34,067 nt of DNA from Gonapodya sp. JEL0774 (lineage: Eukaryota): positions 1 through 34,067 of the forward strand of contig JADIIX010000189.1 in assembly GCA_027604505.1 (NCBI GenBank), written 5' to 3'. The position numbers were made by a program, and so were the translations under genes. The notes beneath the pieces were generated by a model. The model was not told where the DNA came from and ran no database searches. It worked only from the letters and a program-made list of their open reading frames with translations. This document shows, piece by piece, positions 9,901 to 20,253 of the stretch; the stretch's first letter is position 1; the number at the start of each line of letters is the position of its first letter.

Positions 9901-12561
9901 CCCCCTGTGAGCGACTCGCATTCTTCTCCAGTCTCTCTGGGATCGAAGTAAAGCAAATTCCAAAGGTGCAATCGAGCATTCTCTGATAAGCAAGCGGAAG
10001 AACGCTTCGCGAGAAATGTGAGTATGCATCGCACGTTGTATATCACTCTTGTCAAGTAATATATTCGATTACCGTAGTTGGAGAATACACGTGCGAAGGC
10101 TCCGGAGTCGTACAAAGCTACACTCACTGAACTCCAGCAATTTGAAGACGAGTGGGAGCGACTACGAATTCTTGCAAGCGTCGCTCAGGATGTGAAAGTT
10201 CTTGAACAGCGGGATATTCCAGAGGAGAGAGTACGCATAGAGGAGGCCGAAGCGAACAAAGCTCTCGCTGTGGAGCAAGTGGAAAAGGTCTGACATCGTT
10301 GTCTCTGCGACCGGGTCAAGTCGTTTACGAGGTTCATTGTAGGCAACCGCTGAAGTCCGTATGGCTCAAAGCCTCGAGAAAAACTTGCAACTTCTCCGCA
10401 AAAATGTCGATGAAATGACTCGATTGTCTAGGGAGATTGTTCTCCTGGACGACGATATCGCGAAACTTACCGATGACCTTGATGGAGTTGGGTCGGAAAA
10501 AACCGTGGACGATGTGAAACGCGAGTTAGATTCAGCGCGAGACAAATGGTATGCAATTTCTGTGCAAATATTTTTTGGCTGATTGCTTTTTACCGTTATT
10601 GTTCCCAGCAAGAACCTGCAGCAGCAAATTGAACGGTTGCACACTGAGTTCAGAAGTCGACAGAATGATAAGAATTCGAGATCTGAAAGGTTTCAAGCAT
10701 TGCAAAAGAGATTCGATGACTTGCAGTTTGGGAAGCGTGAGCATGATAGTATTAAACGGGAAATCGCAAGTCTGAAGGAGAACAACGCGAAACTGGACAA
10801 GGAGTTGCGGGTGAGTGGGCTTAGGGACAGAGATTGTTCTTTCTTCGAACAATTCGATTGTATAGGACGCCAAGTTCCGGATAGATGCATTGCAGCCAAG
10901 GTTGGCTCAAGTCGAGCTCGCCCTAGACTCTCATCGCAAGGAGATGACTAATTGGGAAGGGGAGATTATGACAAGCCTCAATAATGTGCAGTCCTCGATT
11001 ACTCGCATGAAATCTATGGAACAGGAGATCAGCCGGTAAGACTATAATGTTGGGTTCCACACGAGATGTCCGTTGATTCCACTGCCTTCCTAAGATTTGG
11101 AGATTCTGGGATTCAAGATCTTCTGAGAAATGTCGATGTCGAGCTTGAATCAACTGAAGCGCGTTCGAATGCTCATGGTGCTGACTTGCGACGATTGACA
11201 GACGAGCTCTCGATGCTTGACAAGAAAAAGGTCGAGGATCAACTTGCTCTCCGGCGGATCGAGGACAACCTCCAAGTAAAAAGATTGGAAAAGGAGGCCG
11301 AGAACCTGGCATCTCAGCTCCGGCTACTAAGTCAAGAGTTTCGCAGTGTAGATCGACGATCTTTTGATCAACAGTACATCCAACTGAAAAAGAAGCAGGA
11401 TCAGTTTTTGGAAGAAGTAGGTTCAAGCATCGTGGAAACATTTCCTGGAGTAGAGACACACAACAGACTTATCTCAGAGAGCGGGAATCGCTGGCGAAAC
11501 AAAACAACTGGAAGATCGCCGTAATCAGTTGCATCGAGAGCTGGAGACCGATTACAAAGACGTAGAGGACAAATATCGAACGCAGTTGGTTAAGCTCAAG
11601 GTAAATGATACTCTGTTGACTTTCTGCTGACCGTATGCTTGAAACTGATGCAACGTGTATCCTTGAGACCGAGGAGATGGCGGACTCCGACCTCTCGAAG
11701 TACGCTAAGGCACTCGATGAGTATGTAGTGTCAGATGATGATTCTCAGCTCACATGAATCCCAAATCTAATGCGTTTTTTCATGTTGAAAGGGCAATTAT
11801 GAAGTACCATTCTCTAAAGATGGAGGAGATTAATCGGAATATTCAAGAGTTATGGGTCAATACTTATCAGGGAAATGGTCTGCATGACGCTTTTGCCGGT
11901 TCCCGTCGTTGACTCTCACATTACCTGATGCAGATATTGACACAATCAAAATTCGATCTGACAGTGAAGCGAAAGGCAATAGGTCTTACAACTATCGAGT
12001 AGGTTGTTTGCGTTGGCTCCACTGCGCTCAACGCAGTCAAATAACCACCGCGAGACGATCGGCAGGTTGTGATGGTGAAAGATGACACGGAACTCGACAT
12101 GAGAGGACGTTGTTCTGCAGGCCAGAAAGTTCTTACATCTCTTATCATTCGACTGGCGCTTGCAGACAGCTTTGGCGTCAATTGTGGCATCCTTGCCCTT
12201 GATGAACCCACAACCAATCTCGACCGAGCCAACATCGAAAGTCTCGCGCAGAGTTTGGTCAGGTGGGAGCTGTGGAAGCTTTCATCCAATGTTTGTGGTA
12301 TCTCAATGTGTCATTTTCGGTTCACAAGCATTATACAGAGCAGGAAACAACAAGCGAACTTTCAACTTCTTGTTATCACCCACGACGAAGACTTTTTGGG
12401 GCACATCGGAAGGTCCGAATTCGCAGATTATTACTACAGAGTCGAGAAGGATGACAGGTATGAACGCATTTCCACAGAGTGTCTTCTTTCATTGGTTGCT
12501 GAGAAACTTGCTTTGAAGGGGCCATTCGCACATTCTTCGCCAACCAATAAAAAATAGCTAA
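6994..12561 (+). CDS. RAD50: DNA repair protein Rad50 (MRN/MRX complex), about 25 exons
   Basis: [15 protein letters not shown]...[27 protein letters not shown] (Walker A), [15 protein letters not shown] (Q-loop), long coiled coils, zinc hook HVCPL|CNRAF, signature [12 protein letters not shown], Walker [21 protein letters not shown]. Ends [16 protein letters not shown] at 12561. Confidence 0.96.
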
Positions 12562-12682
12562 GATGTTTACGGTCACTCCACTGAGGTACAAAACAATGTA
12601 ATTCTCGGACTTGAATCTGGCCTCACTGATGCATTTCGTTGCCAATCACCAGATGATGTTGAGGTTAATGGGGGTACCAATT

Positions 12683-15600
12683 TTAGTCATACGTTTGCAA
12701 TTGTTCATGCGATTGAAATTGATTAATGTTCGCTAAGCGATTTAATTCGCTTCTCAACTTGGCAATTTTGTCTTGTGTAACTTCGACTACCGTTCCATGC
12801 ACTGAATGCTCCAAGCGTTTGTAGGCCCTTCCCAAAGTAATCCGTGTGGGCCGCTCAACAGTGTCGGAAAGAAATTGTTCTGTTGGCAGCACCATCGCCT
12901 TCACTAGTTCATTCCAATCATTTTGATCAGTTGATGCAAGTTCATTCACAAAACCAGTTGACAGGGCTTGGAGAACTGCTCCAGTGATTTGGGCCAGCAC
13001 TGCAATCCAAGAGGTCAATCTCGTGTGAACGACCCAACCATCCTTAACCCCCGATCTTTGAACCAGCGCCTGGGAAGTGCCAATGAGCATCCAAATCATT
13101 GTACCTTCCGCCGTTGTTTTCAGAGATCCAAGCGACCTTAAAATTTGGTCAGGATACTGGCAGACAAGGCGAAAAAATCCCAGCCCAGGTACATGCTCAG
13201 AAGCCAAAGCGTGGCCTGTGAAGGTTATCTCAAGAACTGCAGGGTTGATCACACACAATCCCAGTGCAGCCTTCTCTAAAAGTTCTTCGCGATTCATGGT
13301 TGTGTACTCGAAGCCTTGTTGCATCTTTGAAAACAGCAACGTTGTGATGGAACTCCGCGAGTTGTCGATAGACTTCATATCCGTGAGGGCTCGAAGGAAT
13401 AAGAGGAACAAAAATCTCATAGATCGCAAGACCCACGACTTCTTGTCCTCTGGCGCAGTGTTCAACATTCGATCCCAAGCTCCAAGGAACAGAGATAGTC
13501 GGGGTTCCCAGGTTTGCGACCGTGAAACGTGAACGAAAAACGCGCGAAACACAACCGATGCCATGATGTGCGGCTCCTCATCTGGAAACACCGGCCTATG
13601 GGAATCAAATGCCAAACAATAAGAACTTGCTCGTGTGGTATATAGAATTTGAATCCAACTTACTCTCCTTGCAAAATTTGTCCACAATACTCCCAACCAG
13701 TTGCCAGATATTTGAAACACTCTTGTTTATGCACAAAGCAATCACCAGGAAGCAGTAGTGGAGAGTCCGACACAACCAAGGGAAGAAGTACTGGAGAGTC
13801 CTTGAAGAACTAAAGGTGAATCTTTAAAATCGCAGTCACCCTTAAGGATCGCGGATACAGGATAAGGTACCAAATTTAAGCATATTCGCGCCGCGTGGGA
13901 GATTTGCGTTATTGCCTCAAGTAAGAATCTCGTTGCCGAGATAGTGGGGTGGCAGAGAACCAAGTCAAGTACATGCTTCTCTTGAAATAATGTACAAAGG
14001 AACATTGTCACATGATTTAAGAGCAGATTGCTTCGATGATCCGAGGGTAGTGGCCAAGGAATTCCTAGTAAAATTGACCAAACACGTCAGCGCTCACCTC
14101 GACGGCAAGTGGTTTAACAAACTATAACGCCAACTACCTCCGCATAGAATAACCCCCGGCTCAAAACATGAAAGAATATTAAAGCATCGTACCATCCTTG
14201 AATAGCGATTCTCGGATGGGCCATCCCCAATGTACGTGAGTAGGGTCCTCGTTGCCCATCCCATTCCCCACATGATATCTTCATCTCCAACATCGGGCTG
14301 TCTGACATCACTCCAACCTTGCCGTGCCTGTATGGAAATTGCATTGGACAACAACACTTCTCGATCGTTGCTCATTCTTCCTTCGCTCAGAAACTCCTGG
14401 AAAAAAAGTGTGCACTGAGAGAAATATTGATACCAGGACTCCACTGTGGGTACAAGTACAACTGGTGGGGAGGGAAGCATCACTCTGCGAACGTATACTG
14501 GAATCACAGATGTCATTAGCGGAGAATCTGCAGTCAGTTCACTGGCACGCACTTTGTCTATCCAAGCGCTCAAGCCAGTCCCAATCATCTCTAATAGTCT
14601 TCTCCCATTTCAACCACGTGACGAGATTACGAGACTTTGCAATCGGTGATGATCGATGCTGCCCGAACAGTCCTGTCAATCCCAAATACTCTTTCAGCTT
14701 CCATACACGATTGGAGATGAAGTTGATGGTTTCATTGATGCGGAAGTCAAGAAAATCTAAAAAATCGAACAAGTGACCTGGTGAAGCGAGATTATTGAGA
14801 TCTGTCCATGGCGGCAGCTTTCATGCGTGCTCACTGTTGGAAAACTCGGCCCTGTCCCGCAGAATCTGCTGTTGATCAGTACCAACTGGCACTTGAACAG
14901 ATCCGACTGCTTTGACCCTGCTTTCAACAGTATACTTCATTGATCTTATTGCGGAAACGGCAAAGCATGCTGTTTGCACAATGCATGACCACGTTTGCTG
15001 GTCACAATTCAAAGTGCCGTGAAGGAGAGGTCCAAACATTGCATCGATGCACAAGACCTTGGGTGACTCATATGCGTGATCGGTCGTGATGAGGGGGACA
15101 ACTGTTGCGAGCGATGCAATAACAAGCCCAAGCGAATTTGCTCTTTCCAAAGCACCGATACTCCCAAAGAGCATATCACATAACCTCGCCGCAAGCACGG
15201 CGACCAAGGAGCTGTTTCTTCCGCAAACTTCGAGTACGGATACCGCTATCGCTCCCATACCTTCCCGAAAGCTGTTCCCATCGACCTGTTCAGAGATAAT
15301 CGCAAAGAGACCTTCCAAAACCGCGTCCACAATTGCTGACGAAGTCTTAGTGACAGATCCTGCGACGACTAAACAATTTTTGCTTGCATTATAAAGGAGC
15401 TCCCCATCACCATACTCCTCAGTATCTGAGACCAAAACCGCTTCCAAACGATTCACAATTTTGCTGAGATCTGATTTGAGAGCTAAACTCCTATCAGAGA
15501 TTGTTGAAGAAAATTTGGATCGGTGAGGAGTCGCGAACGTAACAAATTGTGCGAATTGAGACATGATCTCTGAAACGGCCTTTGTTTTGTTCGCAAGATC

Positions 15601-17807
15601 TTGAGTGAGATTGTACTCGTTTTCCACACTCTGTTTTCCTTCTGGAGCAACAAAGAGCTGAATTTGTTTCTGCCGAGAATCTCTTGACTTCTCGAATTCA
15701 GCCCATAGACTCCCCAGCATTCCCCTCCGTCTAAGTTCGACGGCGAGATTAGTTCGAATTTCTTCCTCCCGGTTGGCTTCCTCCAGCGAGCGCCCTACCG
15801 CAATCGTATGATCTCCTATGGCAAGCAAAGAGGGCAGCAGGGTTTTCTCGAAGAAGATCTGATGAGAATTGTAAGACTCAATAACAAAGGAGTGGTGAAG
15901 AGCGGTTGCTCGCCTTATTGAATAGAAAATAGTGATTAAGTTGTTCAGGGATTTCGCCAGTCGACGCAAATAAATCAAGAACATTTTGAGCTTCAATTGG
16001 GCGAGAAAAGCTTCCCGTTGTCAGAAGCACGACCTTTAAGACGGCACTTCACTTTCTTTACTTGGCACTTCTCAAATTTAACAGACTTCGTACTCACTCC
16101 CGATTCCGCGAGGCGTGCTTTCGCCGTAGAAAGGAAACCGCCCAGAAAATGCAGATTTGAAGACCTTGGAAGACTTGAGATTGCAGATGTCATCGCCTGT
16201 GACCACAAATGTGGGCAGGGCATTGGCAGATATATTTCCAATAGTTCCGGCCTTATCAATGACATACCAAAAGCATTTCTGGAGTCGCACACAATGTAGC
16301 ATTGGACAAGACCGTGGCAACTGTGGTCGAATTTTTCGGCAAATCCAACACTGCAGCGTCGGTAAACAGAAACTTTTCGGTTTGGTTTGTGTTTGTGTGC
16401 AGATAGTTCAGCATTCGCCACCATTTGTCAGAGCATATTCCGACTCCTAACTCACCTTTATCCAACTCCCAAAGTCTTTCATGGGACCACCCCGTTCTGC
16501 TCCACATGCGACAGCCGCCCAGATAAGTACGGTGCCAGCAGCTTCAGGTTTAGAATCACAAATCTTCAATGAAAATTGATGGTGCAGGGCATCAAAGAGG
16601 TGTTGTGAAGTGGGCCGCCAGAGTTGCAACAGACGGAAGAAAGAGGGGTGATGGGTGCGAGACTACCGAGTCGATATAGAAACAATGCACTGAGTAGTGT
16701 GCATACAAACCTTTCTGCGAGAGATTAACTCACATCGAGCATCTTCTCGACCATCTCTGAACAGAATGATTGCACCACTCGAGCTACGCGTCCGACCAAT
16801 GTGGCCATAACCGAAAGGACGTCACTCCTTTCGCTTGAAACCAACAACACGGACCCTGTGACCACGTACAGCAATGAAAATACATAGTGGTACTTGTCTT
16901 CTAGCCGACGGAGGGTTCGAACGGATTCAAGAGCCCACCATTTTTGTTACCGGTGTCAAGCCACTCTTTGAACGCTGTCCCAGTTGGCACCATCACTGTA
17001 GTTTCGCTGCCGCTCAATTTATCCAGAGAACACGCCTCTAGGACGGCGCGACGAGTGAAGAGTGGTATAAAAGGCAGAGAGGGATCGCTTAAAAAGAGAG
17101 AAGATGCTGAAGAGAGGGTGTGTCGGGCAAGGAGGGTTTTGGGGGAGGGAATGGGAGAGGGCACGTGGCTGAAGATAGATTTCATGTACACCGGGTGAGC
17201 TATTGTCTATGTGCATTTACAATTCAGCAGAGAGCAAGGACATAGCTTACCTGGGGTATTGGGCAAGTTGTCGGATACTTGTCAATATTGCGAGCAGAAC
17301 TCGTGAGGATGGTGTTTCGGAATCTTCCGCAGATGCCTGAAGCACTTCAGAAACGAAAACTTAAGATAGACATATAGACGCAAGAAAGTTAGGCCGAGAG
17401 CGTTAAAGCCAGCGCACTGTGATGTGCGGTCAACCACACGCAGAAGCCTCACAATCCAGTCCTTCACGATAGAGGTTACTGTGTTTTGGACCGACTAGAT
17501 TCCCGTCCGTGCCATCACTTTTCACCAACAGAGCCGCTAAATCGCTTGTAAGTAGACCCTCGCGTCTCATGAAAAAACAATCTAGCACCCGTCCTCCACC
17601 CCACAGTGCCGGAAACAGCTTTCGTGCAGAATGTATGCAAACTAGAAGATCGAGGCGGGTGTCATGAGATACACGAGGGTAAGATTTGATGAAATTCTGT
17701 ACAAATGAATCGAGGGAGAAGGTCTGCGTGATCTGGAGGTGGTGGATGAGTGTTACGAGGTTCCGCAGGCGGTCAGGAAACTGAGAATTTCCAACGTGTT
17801 GGTGCAT
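12683..17807 (-). CDS. Large multi-exon helical protein, FANCA-like (Fanconi anaemia group A N-terminal domain)
   Basis: Exons 16662-16456, 16372-16268, 16196-16098, 16033-15914 and from 15858 splice in frame, giving DFGSWIK..VLSNATLCATPEMLL..FLSTAKARLAE..VLDLFASTGEIP..FLFNKIFFEKTLLPSLL..RTNLAVELRRRGML. This is co-linear with my recollection of human FANCA (YADWFK..FLSELVPFESPRYL..YISLAKTRLADL..AIMVFEHTGNIP..SIFRRPYYVSHFLPALL..RVAFIESLKRADKI). Long downstream ORFs: 14821-15858, 14094-14588, 12683-13720. The start codon and several exon borders are uncertain. Confidence 0.72.
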
Positions 17808-18203
17808 TAATTTTGTATTTTGAACGGAAAAGTTAGCTTCGCAACGGTTTTCGAGCAAAAACGGCCTCCTTTACCCCGGCTACCCCTCCCCCCAATCCGA
17901 TTTTGAGCTTTTCTTGTACATTCCATTGGCCACCCTTCTCGCCTCTCATCCTTCATTCCACCGGTCTCCGACTTCCTCCCCACCACCACCAAAATGGATC
18001 TAAACAATTAATGGGAGCGTACCTGCACAAGCAAACTCGCATTTTCGGTCATGAAATTGCATACACTAGAAGATGCGTGAATTGGAACAGGCATGCCAAG
18101 CAGATAAGCCTGTTTCTGGAGCGCTGCGGCCGTAGATACGACGTCATCTTTTGTTTGTGACGAATAGTGAGAGAGCTGAAGCTCTTGCGACATGAAATCA
18201 AAG

Positions 18204-18713
18204 TCAAAGCTTTCGCGCCGCACCTGAACCTGGTGATTCGAGGGAATTCTCCCGTTTCCGCTTTCCAAGGGGAGAAGAGCGATTTGGATGGAGAGAAACA
18301 GCAGTACCAACGAATTCACCGATGATGGAGGTGGGGTTCGAGGAACTTGTTGTAGCAGCGTACGATATAGCCCTCTCGAGTGAAGGAAGGATTGAAGCTG
18401 CGATGTCGTTGTCAGCAGAATTTGTATTTGAACGTCGAGGTTCAGCGAATAGGAAATCCACGTGCGGGCCTTGGCTCGTCATTGCTGGAGATTCAACTAC
18501 GAGAAGTATGCCTTCCGGCCCTGGTCCTCGTTGGGCTGGGTGCACGAGCTGACATGCCACAGCAAAATATTCTTCGCAGTCATCCCCAGGCATGCTGTTG
18601 TACTGGAGGAAAACGCCGTCAGGGGATTCCAATGCAGAACCCAGGAATCGTTGACCGACAAGAATGCGCTGCTGTATTTTCACTTTGGTTGCTCTGCTTC
18701 TCCAATTTCGTAT
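18204..18713 (-). CDS. Possible last exon of a hypothetical protein (5' part lost in the gap region)
   Basis: Open frame of ~170 codons after a CAG acceptor (IRNWRSRATKVKIQQ...FLQYNSMPGDDCEEYFAVAC...SPLGKRKRE...ARKL*), with an NLS-like KRKR. No family recognised. Confidence 0.35.
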   Translation of the reverse strand: MRNWRSRATKVKIQQRILVGQRFLGSALESPDGVFLQYNSMPGDDCEEYFAVACQLVHPAQRGPGPEGILLVVESPAMTSQGPHVDFLFAEPRRSNTNSADNDIAASILPSLERAISYAATTSSSNPTSIIGEFVGTAVSLHPNRSSPLGKRKRENSLESPGSGAARKL

Positions 18714-18811
18714 CTGTAGATACCCGCACCCCTCCCAATTCTTCATCCCATTGCATCTCCTCTTTGCACTCTCCGTACCCCACACACCCCCCACGCCAGG
18801 TCTACCTCCAC

Positions 18812-18957
18812 TTGCGCCCCCCCCCGGCCGCCCGGCCGCCGCCCCCCCCGCCCCCCGCCCCCCCCCCGCCGCCGCGCCGCGGGGCGCCGGGGGGGGGGGG
18901 GCGGGGGGGGGCGCGCCCGCCCCCGCGGGCGGGCGCCCCCGCCCCCCNNNNNNNNNN
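18812..18957. other. Low-quality G/C-only sequence and assembly gap (10 N at 18948-18957)
   Basis: A run made almost solely of G and C leads directly into the Ns, which is typical of a contig-end artefact. Confidence 0.85.
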
Positions 18958-19750
18958 CGGCGGGCAGCACACCATAGCACCCCGCAGTGGAGGACGGGGA
19001 AACTGGTGCCGGGGTTGGGGGTCCTGACGAAAGAGGACACACATGGGGACCAGGGGGACCAGGGGATCGCGTGGGTGGACGCCGACCCAGACGGCACTGC
19101 ACTGCTGGCGGTGGCGTTTGCGGTTGTCGGGGGTTGTGGGGAGCGGGGCGGGGATGGACGGGAAGTTGTGGATCGTGGGGCGCGCTGGCTAGACGCGCAA
19201 CAATGGGTCCCACTCGACACCACCCCCGCCTCCCTCCCCTCCGCCGCCGAACCTCTGACCGTGGAATTTTGAACGCGGTCCAATTTTTGAAGTTAGTGAC
19301 GGGGATCGTGCCACCGGCGGCGGTGGACGTGGACGTGGACGTGCTCGCCAGGATCCACGAGTGACACGAGCAGGGTGCTTGTGGAGTCAAGGCTGCAACG
19401 GAGACCGAGACCGTGGGCTTGGCGGCGGTGGCGGCGGTGGCTGGGCCGATGACTAGGGAAGGGTCCTTCAGTGGTGGAGGGAAGGAAGGGCCGCCGCCGC
19501 CGCGGGCGAGGTGTCGGCGGGTGGTGCAGGAATGGGGAACTGCGAACGCGTGGTCAGGGATATCGTGACCGCCACCGCGGACATTTCCGAACCAGCTGAC
19601 GCGGGACCACAATGGTATACACCGAATCTGTCAACCTGCGAGCACTCCGCTGGGAAACTCGCAGAGTCCAAGGCCGCTACCATTGCCCAATGGAAATCGC
19701 AAGGGGGAGTGATGGACCACAACGAAATATTATGGCTACTGTCCCTGTAG
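18958..19750 (+). pseudogene. GC-rich frameshifted gene remnant, possibly BTB-like
   Basis: Protein-like blocks in three frames can be joined by restoring one T (~19268) and one A (~19460) and reading through one TGA (~19362): ...IAWVDADPDGTALL..PLTVEF/LNAVQFLKLV..LARIHE*HE..MTRE/RVLQWWREG..CERVVRDIV..NEILWLLSL*. Confidence 0.3.
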
Positions 19751-20253
19751 TACCCACAAATTGGTCTGTTCTCATCACGTCATTGGTGGTTTCAGTGGAA
19801 ATCATATTGTCTCACCGTTGCCATAACATCTATCGAAAATCATGGTGACAGTCGACCCTGGAATTGCCTTGTGCTACGTCAATGTCTGTTGATCTTGTGT
19901 ACAAGAATTTTCGCCGGAACTGGTCATCGATCGCATTGGTCCCCACCGCCTTGCTTTCCCACATCTGCTGTGGCGGCACATCCAATGAAACTCGCCCACC
20001 ACTCGATACATACATGTACTATGGGGTTATGGCCCAATCTGGCTGCCTTTTGTCGCACGCTCGTCGCACATTGCACGTCGCTGATATAGAGATTTCTAAT
20101 GTTTGCGAATACTGGAACCCCATTACCATGCTAGTAACACAGGGTTACTAACCTACGCTTTTTGCACGAATTGACTATGATACAAATCAACACTATATCT
20201 ATTATACAAATTAAAAACCTTCCACTATCCCTTTCCGTTCGGGACAACGTCCG

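Noticed and set aside
15914..15996. N-terminus MKLKMFLIYLRR of the 391-aa ORF as a real protein start
   Set aside because: The FANCA-like match lies in a different frame here and joins the long ORF through a GC-AG intron, so this ORF start is spurious.
18812..18947. G/C-only tract resembling a G-quadruplex or hairpin, and the Pro/Gly-rich ORFs that cross it
   Set aside because: It directly abuts an N gap and lacks A/T, so it is most likely low-quality read-end sequence. ORFs spanning it are unreliable.
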